From an uncultured virus (IMG/VR IMGVR_UViG_3300017991_003073) (lineage: Duplodnaviria; Heunggongvirae; Uroviricota; Caudoviricetes): a DNA stretch of 64,000 bases. The stretch lies in the IMG/VR virus record IMGVR_UViG_3300017991_003073; one strand, 5' to 3'. Below, piece by piece: positions 26,375 through 35,377 of this stretch; within the stretch, counting starts at the first letter, position 1, and the number at the start of each line of letters is the position of its first letter. Made by a program: the position numbers and the translations under genes. The notes below the pieces were generated by a model. That model was not told where the DNA came from and did no database searches. It worked only from the letters and a program-made list of their open reading frames with translations.

Positions 26375-26884
26375 ATGTCTGAAGAGTTTAACGCTTCACT
26401 CCGATGGGCCGAGCTAATGAAGCATGGTGTCACCCCTACATGGTTCTACCTGGAGGAGTGGTTGACGAAGAGTGGGGTAGACACGACAGCGATGGGTCTC
26501 CTGAAAGACAAGAGGAGGAAGATCTCCGAGACCACCCGCTTCATGTACTGGCGTATGGCAGTGGTGCAGGACACCAGCTGCTGGTCCACGTCGGAGATGC
26601 GCCGAAGGATCGCAGACAGCCTAAGCCTCAGGTGCTTCGTGCGCGTGGATCCCGATGAGATCCTGTACCGCAGCACCAGCATCGACAAGTACTTCCGCCA
26701 CTACATTGCTCCTCTAAGCCGTGCCCTGGTCTACAGTGCTGAGATCTGGGAGGAAACAAAGCGACACACCACGTTCCCGCTCACCAAGGCCGTGCAGACT
26801 TGGCTGGCGTGGATGGACCAATGGGCCAAGCAGTCGAGGGTGGAGCCTTTCCTCCTGGTACATCGAGGCCTCACCCTAGCCTAG
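26375..26884 (+). CDS. hypothetical protein resembling the IS5/InsH N-terminal (DUF772-like) helical domain
   Basis: WRMAVVQDTSCWSTSEMRRRIADSLSLRCFVRVDPDEILYRSTSIDKYFR; no DDE domain. Confidence 0.5.
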   Translation: MSEEFNASLRWAELMKHGVTPTWFYLEEWLTKSGVDTTAMGLLKDKRRKISETTRFMYWRMAVVQDTSCWSTSEMRRRIADSLSLRCFVRVDPDEILYRSTSIDKYFRHYIAPLSRALVYSAEIWEETKRHTTFPLTKAVQTWLAWMDQWAKQSRVEPFLLVHRGLTLA

Positions 26885-28012
26885 GACCATCGCTCGATTG
26901 CGGCTGAGAGCCGCAAACACATACTCCTCCGCTTCGCCCATCGACTCGAACTGAAGCAGGGAGTCGCGATCCATCCGATACTCCCGTGGCAGCCAAGACT
27001 GCTCCCGCCGAAGCGTCTTCATCATCCGCTCGCGTCCTACACCTCCCTTCGGGAGCAAAGCCGTGTAGCAGTGGATCCCAGCACTGGTAGGTACAACCTC
27101 CAGAGGCAGGTTCCACCAGACCCCCAGGACCGCTGGAACCCCCAGGGCTTTCAGAACCATCAGGTCCAGCGGGTTCTCTACGGCAAAGCGAACCAGGAAG
27201 ATCGGGAGTGTTCCCGAGACCCGCGATTTCCCCGCCAACTCCGCTCCCGTGAATAGCTGAGGTTTGCCCACTGTGTCTCTGAAGTACTCCAAGGTACGGC
27301 CACACACGACCATCAAGGCTCCGTAGGATCCCGGACGACAAACCACGTAGGCCGCGAGGTCTGCAACTTCGACCACCTCGACCGGGAACGATAGCGGCAC
27401 AGGCTTTCCATCGGGAGTGAGCCAATACCGCCGGAGGCGCTTCCCAAGCCTCTGCATCCACGTCTTCCATTGATCCTTATCGGCAATGCTCCACACAGGT
27501 AAGGCCCCTTCAGGATCACGTTCGCCAGCTGGAGTCCGATACCCCCACCACTTCGGGTCTACCCAGAACGGCCCCACCCCTCCAACACGGTCGAACCCTT
27601 CGAACACCTTCGCATCGGTCAGGGCCTGCGTGTCACCTCGAAAGGTAGGGTTAATCGCGAAGCCCATACCCTGGAGTTTGTGGATCTCGTAAGCAGCGTG
27701 AGGGACCATCGAACCCTTACCCTGCCGCCGCCATCCCCTGACATAGCAGTAGAGATCCATCGCATTGCCATGAGCCCCACACCCCAATCCGTAACACTGA
27801 AAGCGTGGCCCCTTCCTACCTACGGTGTAGAGGTGACACGATCCGCCATCGGCCTCTGAGTCCTGGTGGAAGGGACAGACGACTCTCCACGCAGCTTGGG
27901 TCTCGCGAACAGGGTGCATACCCAGTGCTGTTGCTAACGCCACTATATCTGCGGAGTGAGCAACCCGCAGTAGTTCCTCGGAAGGCAGGAACGCTACTAC
28001 CCTTTGGCCCAT
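26876..28012 (-). CDS. DnaG-type primase-like protein with CHC2 zinc finger and degenerate Toprim domain
   Basis: VCPFHQD...FQCYGLGCGAHGNAMD; Toprim-like FAVENPLD; second DxD motif absent. Start uncertain (28012, 28036 or further upstream). Confidence 0.75.
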   Translation of the reverse strand: MGQRVVAFLPSEELLRVAHSADIVALATALGMHPVRETQAAWRVVCPFHQDSEADGGSCHLYTVGRKGPRFQCYGLGCGAHGNAMDLYCYVRGWRRQGKGSMVPHAAYEIHKLQGMGFAINPTFRGDTQALTDAKVFEGFDRVGGVGPFWVDPKWWGYRTPAGERDPEGALPVWSIADKDQWKTWMQRLGKRLRRYWLTPDGKPVPLSFPVEVVEVADLAAYVVCRPGSYGALMVVCGRTLEYFRDTVGKPQLFTGAELAGKSRVSGTLPIFLVRFAVENPLDLMVLKALGVPAVLGVWWNLPLEVVPTSAGIHCYTALLPKGGVGRERMMKTLRREQSWLPREYRMDRDSLLQFESMGEAEEYVFAALSRNRAMVLG

Positions 28013-29447
28013 GCCCGATACTCCGTCCTGGGACATACTCATCAAGGACCCGGCCCATAGCATTCGCTGGTACCGGCAGCCCTATCAGAGATCCTCGTCA
28101 GCCGTGGCTTCCTTCCGGGTCTACTGCCCGTACCACCCTAAAGTGGTCGAGGCGATCCGGGGCAGTAGGATGGGAGGAACCACCGGAATCCCCTTCTGCA
28201 CTAAGAAGTTCAGTGATTTGGACAAGGCTTGGATCCTCTCCCCCACCTCCCGAAACCGTAAAACTTTTTCACTTTTGGAGGTCGAGACCATCGAGGCGAA
28301 TCTACGGGAAATCGCCTCTAAGTGGGGACCAGTACTAGCTTTATCGGAGAAACCACCCGATACCGGGTGGGATATCGGGAACACCCTCGGCGTGGACCCG
28401 CACTACTCCGGCACGGTCGAAGGGTTTGGGGCGCTCCACACCTTTCACGGAGGGCAGTGGCTTGGACTGCGCTCCTTGAATCAAAACGGGAGGGGGGTCT
28501 ATATCCCTGTCGAAGCCTGGGCCTTCGACTGGCGCGACATGCCGGAGGAAGAGGATGAGCCACCGGATTGGCCTCAGGACGCCAGGGCTCCCAACGCTTT
28601 CCTCGGCATCAACCAGTCGGGGATGGGTGTCTTCACCAAGTGCCCGTACCTGTACTTCTGCAACAAGGTGCTGAAGCTGGCGCTGCCTATCAACCGCATG
28701 ATGCTCATCGGCACTGCGGCCCATGCTGGAGCGGAGACGCTCCATATCGAGATGATGGAGAAGGGCTACGTTGACGGCACCAGCCTTGAGAAGGCCATCG
28801 ACGCCTGCTTCGAGATCACCAACCTCAGCCCGGAACTGAAGAAGCTGGACCAGAAGCCAAGGGAAGACGACAAGGTCGAGTTCCAACGGTTCGCCAGTGG
28901 GATGGTCACGCACTACCACGCCCTGCTACTGGATGAGCCTATCCAGATCCTCGGCACCGAACGGAAAGTAGCGGCTCCAGTAGGACTGTCCTTCACCTAC
29001 GACGAACGGACGATCCCGGTTCACTTCTTCGGCACCCTGGACCTCAACTACGACCTGAACTCCGGAGAGACCGTGGTCTCGGACATCAAAACCACCATCG
29101 GCAGGCCCCCATCGGCGGTTGCGCGAGTCCTGACCTACATGCGCCAGCTAGGGCTGTACTCCCTGCTCGCCAAACTGGTCTGGAAGCAGCAGCCCAGGTT
29201 CTCGGAGATCCGCGACCTCAACCCCTTCGAGGGGCCGCGTGTCACCCGCATCCCGATAGCCCCTCTCCTTCAGCAGGCCGTCCCACGGATCCGCAACACC
29301 ACGAAGCAGATGATCTACTCCTTCCGAGAGGGGTATTGGCCCCGCCGAACGGGGATCCACTGCAAAACCTGCCCGATACGAGTAGGGTGCCTACTCTCCT
29401 ATATCGGCCAGATCGAAGTTTCAGCCATGGCAGGATCAAGCCAATGA
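28011..29447 (+). CDS. PD-(D/E)XK nuclease (RecB/AddB/Cas4-like) with Fe-S cysteines
   Basis: CPYLYF, GTAAH, TERK, GTLDL, VSDIKT, QLGLY and CKTCPIRVGC. Confidence 0.88.
   Translation: MPDTPSWDILIKDPAHSIRWYRQPYQRSSSAVASFRVYCPYHPKVVEAIRGSRMGGTTGIPFCTKKFSDLDKAWILSPTSRNRKTFSLLEVETIEANLREIASKWGPVLALSEKPPDTGWDIGNTLGVDPHYSGTVEGFGALHTFHGGQWLGLRSLNQNGRGVYIPVEAWAFDWRDMPEEEDEPPDWPQDARAPNAFLGINQSGMGVFTKCPYLYFCNKVLKLALPINRMMLIGTAAHAGAETLHIEMMEKGYVDGTSLEKAIDACFEITNLSPELKKLDQKPREDDKVEFQRFASGMVTHYHALLLDEPIQILGTERKVAAPVGLSFTYDERTIPVHFFGTLDLNYDLNSGETVVSDIKTTIGRPPSAVARVLTYMRQLGLYSLLAKLVWKQQPRFSEIRDLNPFEGPRVTRIPIAPLLQQAVPRIRNTTKQMIYSFREGYWPRRTGIHCKTCPIRVGCLLSYIGQIEVSAMAGSSQ
28252..28276. promoter_or_regulatory. 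25-bp palindromic operator-like site, copy 2 (intragenic)
   Basis: GAAACCG TAAAA C TTTTT CACTTTT; 26/30 identical to the reverse complement of 9482..9511. Confidence 0.6.
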
Positions 29448-30304
29448 ATCCGAAGCTACTAAGCGCACTGGGACTTACCGATTACGACGCGGAGGTGTTG
29501 GAGCAACTCGGCTCCACTCGTCCCGATCTGTTTGCCATCTTCGAGGCGAAGCTGCGTTTCTTCGAAGACGACCAGACGGGAGCCGGAATCATCAGCCCGA
29601 CTATGACATGGGATGTCCTCCCGCCGGGATTGCTCTACCGTGAAAGGGTCTGGCTGGAAGGCAAGCGTCATATCCGTGGCCTCACCCCGGAGACCAGAGC
29701 CACGCTCCCAGACCTACCAGAGGGTGTGTGGGCGATCTTGGAGGGGGGCCGCGCCCTGATCCTACCCGAGACTCTCCGTTGGGAAACCCGAATCGCGGAC
29801 AAACGGGTCACGAACGGGTTCCTGGAGAACGCCCTCATCCAAGGCCGCAGCGGTGATCCGCTCACCGTCGCAGAGAGCGCCTTCGAGAAGTGCATCTTCG
29901 TACACTGCATGTTTCGCAACCTCGCCTTCGAGGAGGTGGACTTCCTCTCCAGCCGCTTCCAGCAATGCACCTTCCAGGACTGCACGTTCACACGGTGCCA
30001 CTTCGCCCATACCACCTGGGGAGATCCCGACGACATGGCGTGGGGCCTCCACAACTTCCTCCAGGGAACTGTCACAACCACTGAGTGCGACTTCGCCCAC
30101 TCACGGGGCTTCGGCCTCGCTGTGTTCATCCCGGAGTACCTGCGCCCGGTGGTTGAGAGGGTGCGGCAAGAGTACTTCGAGGATCGGATCATCGTGGTCG
30201 ATGGGGTCAGGAAGAGAGAGCCGAAACGCAGTGCGAAGAAGTCGATGTGGTGGGGCCACCAACTGCTGGCGAAACTGCATGGGAATCACGGTGCGGAGGG
30301 ATAG
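29444..30304 (+). CDS. pentapeptide-repeat protein
   Basis: SAFEK CIFVH CMFRN LAFEE VDFLS SRFQQ CTFQD CTFTR CHFAH; ATGA overlap with the nuclease stop codon. Confidence 0.8.
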   Translation: MNPKLLSALGLTDYDAEVLEQLGSTRPDLFAIFEAKLRFFEDDQTGAGIISPTMTWDVLPPGLLYRERVWLEGKRHIRGLTPETRATLPDLPEGVWAILEGGRALILPETLRWETRIADKRVTNGFLENALIQGRSGDPLTVAESAFEKCIFVHCMFRNLAFEEVDFLSSRFQQCTFQDCTFTRCHFAHTTWGDPDDMAWGLHNFLQGTVTTTECDFAHSRGFGLAVFIPEYLRPVVERVRQEYFEDRIIVVDGVRKREPKRSAKKSMWWGHQLLAKLHGNHGAEG

Positions 30305-30467
30305 CTACGGGCATTTTAACAACCAGTATTTGCCTACACCGTTTCGACATCCGGCAATACGAGGTGATCGCTTTTCGCAGATTTTCCTTACACCAACGAA
30401 CTCCAGTATCTTCGGGGCTTTCAAGCGGATGTGCGGTTCATCTTCGGCGGCAGGGCACAGAAAAGTA

Positions 30468-30496
30468 TTGACAGGTCCCGCCCTCGTTTGTAGCCT
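30468..30496 (+). promoter_or_regulatory. sigma70-type promoter
   Basis: TTGACA-17 bp-TAGCCT. Confidence 0.6.
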
Positions 30497-30617
30497 TATA
30501 GGCCCCGGTGCCGGGGATGGAAACGCACGAAGGGTTCTTATAAGGATGCTTCCTGTACCTGTCAGAGGCGGTTCCCCTCTCTAAGTTGGTGATTTCCCAC
30601 CCTTGAACCAACGCTCC

Positions 30618-30789
30618 ACGTACGTCGTGCGTCACCCACACCGTGATGGGTCTTCGGCGGTCGCTCTGACATTTCGAAAAAATATTTCTCCAGCTACGTA
30701 CGACGTACGACGCTCACACCTTAATTGGCTACGTACGTCGCACGTCGCTCAGTCCGTGTTTCCCTTGCGCGTCGTGCGTCACTCATACC
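30618..30789 (+). repeat. iteron-like 25-bp direct repeats x4 (candidate origin)
   Basis: Copies at 30618, 30696, 30731 and 30765; consensus ACGTACGTCGTRCGTCRCTCACACC; in the largest non-coding gap. Confidence 0.7.
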
Positions 30790-31051
30790 GTAATAGCTTC
30801 CTCCGTCGCACGGGTGGTCACCGCCATACGTCCCACGCCCATTGTGCGAGCCTGCCCACATCCCGCCACCCTGGTATGAGCCCCCAGGGATCCCACCCAA
30901 CACCGCTCCTAGCGACCCACCAACAGCAGGACGACTCGGTGGCCACCCCGCGACGGTAGGCATCAACGGACTAAGACTCCGCCCCTCTTGTTTTGTTTCG
31001 TTGAAGTGAACTGGTGGCCGTCGATCCCCCGAACCCCTGAACCCCGAGAGG

Positions 31052-31564
31052 ATGGTGATGGCTAGGAAATACGCACAGGGGACCTCGGTTTCCCCCGAAC
31101 GGAGCCGTGCCCAGATCGAACGGAACCTGAAGAGGTACGGCGCAGATCATTTCGCCTACAGAAGCGAAACACATCCGGACGGGAGCGAGACGGTCCACAT
31201 CGGATTCCGCTACCATGGATTCCGCTACCAATCTTGGTCTGTGCGTTTCGTTCTACCTCTACCGTCGCCGGACGAGGACGAGATCCGCCTCACCCCCGGC
31301 GGCTCGGAACGAGCCGCAAAGCCTCGCGAGGCCGCACACACCGCTGAAATCCGACGCCGCTGGAGATCCCTGTGCATGGCTATCCAGGCCAAGCTGAAGG
31401 TCGTAGAGACAGGGATATCGACCTTTGAGCAGGAGTTCCTAGCCCATACGATCATCCCCCAAGGACCCGCCAAAGGCCAAACCGTCGCTCAGTGGGCAAT
31501 CCCTCAACTGGACAGTCTCTGCAAAAGCGGAAGCCTGCCGCCGCTGCTCCCACATCACGACTAG
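31052..31564 (+). CDS. conserved phage hypothetical protein
   Basis: YAQGTSVSPERSRAQIE...RRWRSL...IQAKL...GISTFEQEFLAH, a pattern common in phage proteins. Confidence 0.8.
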   Translation: MVMARKYAQGTSVSPERSRAQIERNLKRYGADHFAYRSETHPDGSETVHIGFRYHGFRYQSWSVRFVLPLPSPDEDEIRLTPGGSERAAKPREAAHTAEIRRRWRSLCMAIQAKLKVVETGISTFEQEFLAHTIIPQGPAKGQTVAQWAIPQLDSLCKSGSLPPLLPHHD

Positions 31565-31587
31565 GACTGACCCCTCTTGTTTTATTG

Positions 31588-31604
31588 CTACGTCACTGGA
31601 TAGG
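31588..31604 (+). promoter_or_regulatory. shared promoter-like motif upstream of pyrE
   Basis: CTACGTCACTGGATAGG, identical to the motif at 6667..6683 (minus strand). Confidence 0.55.
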
Positions 31605-31727
31605 CAACGATCTTGCCCACGGGCGGAGTCCCTGGATGAACCTTGTTGGTAGATTCCGGGTTTGGAGGCCATAAATCGCGTACCGGGGGATTTTACTCCA
31701 ACCGCCCGTGGGCTCCCACTTTCAGCT

Positions 31728-32444
31728 ATGGGGAAAAACATGGACCGCATCGACCCGATCTCGATCATGCTCGAACTGGGGGCTTTGCAACTGGGTACGT
31801 TCACCCTCAAATCCGGAAGGGAGTCGCCCTACTTCTTCAACATCGGAGAGGTGAACGAAGGGCGGGGGATGGTGACCCTTGCCAACCTCTTTGCGGTTTC
31901 GATTCGGCGGCTCGTGGTCGCGAAGACGGATCCTAAGATGCAGGAGCCTTCGATCATCTTCGGGCCTGCGTACAAGGGCATCCCCTTGGCCGTGGCAACG
32001 GCGATGGCTCTGGCTGAGGATGCGCCTTTCCATCGGTGGCAGAATACCATTCGGTGGTCCTCCGACCGGAAGGAGGAGAAGAAGCACGGAGAGAAGGCGA
32101 AGTTCCTCGGGGCGACTCCGACTGCGGACGATGTGGTGGTCATCGTGGATGATGTCATCACGACGGGGCAGACCAAGATCGAGGCCCTCCAGAAGGTCAC
32201 GGATACTGGGGCTACGGTGGCTGGCGTGGTGGTGGCCCTCGACCGGATGGAGCGGGGTGGCGACGAGAAGGACGCTGTCCAGGACTTCGAAACGGCGACG
32301 GGTGTTCCGGTCTTCTCCCTCGCTACGGTGAAGGATCTTGCGGCTCTTCTGGAGGAGCAGAATCCCGATAGCTACAAGGCCTTACAAGACTACCTCATGC
32401 GATTCGGCTCGAAGCGTTTCTTCGATCTAGACAGCGCCACTTAA
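31728..32444 (+). CDS. pyrE: orotate phosphoribosyltransferase
   Basis: GTFTLKSGRESPYFFN, FGPAYKGIPLA, RKEEKKHGE and PRPP motif VIVDDVITTG; start uncertain. Confidence 0.95.
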   Translation: MGKNMDRIDPISIMLELGALQLGTFTLKSGRESPYFFNIGEVNEGRGMVTLANLFAVSIRRLVVAKTDPKMQEPSIIFGPAYKGIPLAVATAMALAEDAPFHRWQNTIRWSSDRKEEKKHGEKAKFLGATPTADDVVVIVDDVITTGQTKIEALQKVTDTGATVAGVVVALDRMERGGDEKDAVQDFETATGVPVFSLATVKDLAALLEEQNPDSYKALQDYLMRFGSKRFFDLDSAT

Positions 32445-32471
32445 CGGATCGGCAGCGCAGTACCCCTGGTT

Positions 32472-32505
32472 GAGGGCGGGTCGCGAGGCTCGCCCTCGTT
32501 GTTTT
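32472..32505 (+). terminator. terminator-like hairpin between pyrE and pyrF
   Basis: GAGGGCGGG...CTCGCCCTC followed by GTTGTTTT. Confidence 0.5.
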
Positions 32506-32518
32506 AAGGAGGAATGGG

Positions 32519-33274
32519 ATGGACCTGAAGAACAGAATCGTCGTTGCCTTGGATGGGATCTCGGCGGCGGCTGCGGCAAAGCTGGTGACTCTGCTGAGCC
32601 CTCTCGTTTGGGGGTTCAAGATGAACGACTTGTTCCTTGATCCCCTGGGGCCTGCACTAGCCAGGATCATCGTCCAGTCGAAGGCGAAGCTGTGGCTTGA
32701 TCTGAAGCTACATGACATCCCGAACACCGTTAAGAACCAGCTGAATCGGCTCGCGAACTACATGCCTTCACTGGTGACGGTACACGCATCAGGAGGGATC
32801 GGGATGCTTACGGCGGCTTGCGAAGCGGCTCGGGACACCCGAAAGAGTCTGCATTACACGGATGTTGGGGAAGTTCCGGAGTTAGGGATCCTGGCTGTAT
32901 CGGTGCTGACCTCCCTGAGCGCCGAGGAATGCGAGAAGATCTACGGCAGCGTCCCTGCGGAGAAGGTTCCGATGTTCGCTACCTTGGCAAGGGATGCGGG
33001 TGTTTGGGGTGCGGTCTGCTCAGGGCACGAGGCTCGACAGGTGCGGGATCTAGGCCTACGGCCTGTCGTCCCAGGGATCCGCCCAGAGTGGTTCCTCGCG
33101 GAACAGAACGTGTCTCAGGACGATCAGAAGCGGGTGGTGACCCCGTGTAAGGCCTTGGACTTCGGGGCGGAACTGCTGGTCATCGGAAGGCCTATCGTGA
33201 AGAGCGAGGACCCGCTAGTGGCCGTGGAGCGGACGATCTCCGAACTGGAGGACAACTACGGCGTTGCCGACTGA
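32519..33274 (+). CDS. pyrF: orotidine-5'-phosphate decarboxylase
   Basis: IVVALD, LDLKLHDIPNTV, TVHASGG, VLTS, PGIRP, DDQKRVVTP and VIGRPI. Confidence 0.96.
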   Translation: MDLKNRIVVALDGISAAAAAKLVTLLSPLVWGFKMNDLFLDPLGPALARIIVQSKAKLWLDLKLHDIPNTVKNQLNRLANYMPSLVTVHASGGIGMLTAACEAARDTRKSLHYTDVGEVPELGILAVSVLTSLSAEECEKIYGSVPAEKVPMFATLARDAGVWGAVCSGHEARQVRDLGLRPVVPGIRPEWFLAEQNVSQDDQKRVVTPCKALDFGAELLVIGRPIVKSEDPLVAVERTISELEDNYGVAD

Positions 33275-33340
33275 TCGTTGGGTGGCTAGGATAGGCTTTC
33301 CCCTAAGACAGCCCAGCCCTTTGCAGTGAGAATGAAAACG

Positions 33341-33703
33341 ATGGCGAATAAGGTGTTTGTAGGAGGCCTTGCTTGGGCGTGTGACGACGACGCGCTGCGC
33401 GAGGCTTTTGAGGATGGGATCGGGTGCCAAGTGCTTTCCGCAAAGGTCATCACTGACCGTGAATCCGGCAAGTCACGCGGCTTCGGTTTCGTTACGTTCA
33501 AGTCCCCTGGGGATGCCCAACAGGCTATCGAAGGGATGGACGGTCAGGAGATCCTGGGGCGCACCATCCGGGTATCCGAAGCCATCGAGAAGCAGGGCTC
33601 CAATGTCGGAGGAGGCCGGAGGTCGGACGGGAACAGTGGGAGGGGCGACCACCCAATGAAGCGGTCTAACAAGAAGGGGCGTCGGCGCGACGACGAATAC
33701 TAG
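33341..33703 (+). CDS. RRM (RNP-1) RNA-binding protein
   Basis: RNP2 VFVGGL; DRESGKSRGFGFVTF (RNP1); Gly/Arg-rich tail. Confidence 0.95.
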   Translation: MANKVFVGGLAWACDDDALREAFEDGIGCQVLSAKVITDRESGKSRGFGFVTFKSPGDAQQAIEGMDGQEILGRTIRVSEAIEKQGSNVGGGRRSDGNSGRGDHPMKRSNKKGRRRDDEY

Positions 33704-33726
33704 TAGGTTGCGAAGGAGTCGAAGTA

Positions 33727-33767
33727 AGAGAGGGGCGGTTCACACAGGATACGCCCCTCTCTCGTTT
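33727..33767. terminator. hairpin between convergent genes
   Basis: AGAGAGGGGCG...CGCCCCTCTCT. Confidence 0.6.
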
Positions 33768-33780
33768 CGGATGAAGGCGG

Positions 33781-35373
33781 TTACGGAGTGAGATCGCTGA
33801 TGATGGTCTTGGCTGCTCCTCCGCCGATGGCCCCAGTTGCCTTGATGGAATGATTGGTGACACCATCCACAGGCAAGGTTCCGCCTGCGGTGTACGTCCC
33901 GACGAACTCGGTGAGGTACATACCCGCACGTCCCAATTCAGGATCTGAGATTGAGCCTCCGGAAGGAGTAAACCCGTCGCGGAAATTGCAGCGGATGATC
34001 CGGTTCCACCATTGGACTTGGACGTGACCTCCTTGCGAGCCATAGGGAAGGCCGAACAGGCACTCGTGGGCGTATATGAGTCGCATTGAGGGTGCGTTGA
34101 TGACCAGCGACTCGGTGGGGGTAGTCGGGGGTACGGGAACGGGGTTTATTCGTCCGCATTGGATTCGGTCGATGTACGTGTTGATACCAGCCCCGACTGC
34201 GCTAGAGCCGTCGATACCTCTTGCTAGACGAACATTGGTGAGTGCCAGTTCGTTTGTGCCAGCGGCTCCGAGCAGCGTAGGGATCAGAGAACCACTAACG
34301 AACCATTCGCTCCCATAGGCATTGTGAATGGTTGCACCGGCTCCTATAGGTGCTAGTGCTGGCCCTAGGATAAGCGTCGGACGTTGCTTGTCCGGAACCA
34401 ACTCTAGAGCATCGTCCAGGTTCCAGGTGATGTTCCGGGGTGTTGCGGAGTCGTACCAGTTTTGCGAGCCGTCGCCTAATACAACAGGCCCCATGGCAAG
34501 CAGTTGGATAAGCCTACCCGCAGGCACAACTAGATCTTCGTCATAGACTCCAGTGGCGACGATAACGATGAACCGTCTCACAAAGTCTGCGGGATCCGCA
34601 GGTATACCTATCGTATCCAGAGCCCCCTGGATGGTGACGAAGGGTGTATTGAGATCAGCGTCGTCAGCGGCTCCAGGCGATCCCGGACCTACGAAAAGGA
34701 TCTCCGGGAACGTGAAGATCCCTCCCCCGCCACCGCTTCCTCCGGCTACCTCATCGATGGCATCCTGGACGTTGGCGGCGACAAGGCCACTACCGGAGTT
34801 GTCGTAGGCCAGTGCCGTTGCACTGCCCGGTCCAAGGTTGATCCAGTTCGTGGACCCGTCACCGATCCACAGGAACTCATCCCCTGGCTGGAAGGTCTGG
34901 GGCGGGGCGACGGTGTTGTCCGTCACCGGGGTCGGGTTGCCGACTGGGCAGCGGTAGACCCATCCTTCGATGCGCTCGTCTGGCACTGGGATCGAGGTGA
35001 AGTCCCCATCTACGGTGATGACGCCCTTGATCTGGGCCGGATTGTCCAAGGAGATCTTGGTCCGGAGCGTCCTCCAGGTCGTCCCGTTCCAGTAGATGAT
35101 GTCCCCGTTCTCGAAGTCTAGGGCGGTCACCGGGTCGGTGACAGCAGCTGTGACTTCATAGAGATCACCTACCTCTGGAGACTCCGGAAAGTCAGCAGCG
35201 GCCCCAATCTCCGAGAACCGCCGAAGCGAGCCTTGGGTACGGTCTGAAATGCCTTCGAATACTCGCCGTGTCCACTGTGGGAAACCGCCCTGGGGATTCC
35301 TTTGGTTGACATCGTTCGCGCCGAGAGGACGGGGGTTGCGGATAAGGCGTTGGAGTTCCAGGTAGTTGAGCAT
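33781..35373 (-). CDS. putative spike/fibre protein (530 aa)
   Basis: GDIIYWNGTTW and YDNSGSGLVAANVQDAIDEV fibre-type motifs; PFVTIQGALD...VATGVYDE pectin-lyase-like beta-helix start. Confidence 0.75.
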   Translation of the reverse strand: MLNYLELQRLIRNPRPLGANDVNQRNPQGGFPQWTRRVFEGISDRTQGSLRRFSEIGAAADFPESPEVGDLYEVTAAVTDPVTALDFENGDIIYWNGTTWRTLRTKISLDNPAQIKGVITVDGDFTSIPVPDERIEGWVYRCPVGNPTPVTDNTVAPPQTFQPGDEFLWIGDGSTNWINLGPGSATALAYDNSGSGLVAANVQDAIDEVAGGSGGGGGIFTFPEILFVGPGSPGAADDADLNTPFVTIQGALDTIGIPADPADFVRRFIVIVATGVYDEDLVVPAGRLIQLLAMGPVVLGDGSQNWYDSATPRNITWNLDDALELVPDKQRPTLILGPALAPIGAGATIHNAYGSEWFVSGSLIPTLLGAAGTNELALTNVRLARGIDGSSAVGAGINTYIDRIQCGRINPVPVPPTTPTESLVINAPSMRLIYAHECLFGLPYGSQGGHVQVQWWNRIIRCNFRDGFTPSGGSISDPELGRAGMYLTEFVGTYTAGGTLPVDGVTNHSIKATGAIGGGAAKTIISDLTP

Positions 35374-35377
35374 TGGG

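Noticed and set aside
26375..26884. Active IS element
   Set aside because: No DDE catalytic domain, terminal inverted repeats or target duplication seen.
30618..30823. Possible CRISPR mini-array
   Set aside because: Repeats are degenerate and most gaps are only 9-10 bp; no cas1/cas2. The Cas4-like nuclease is a common stand-alone phage gene.
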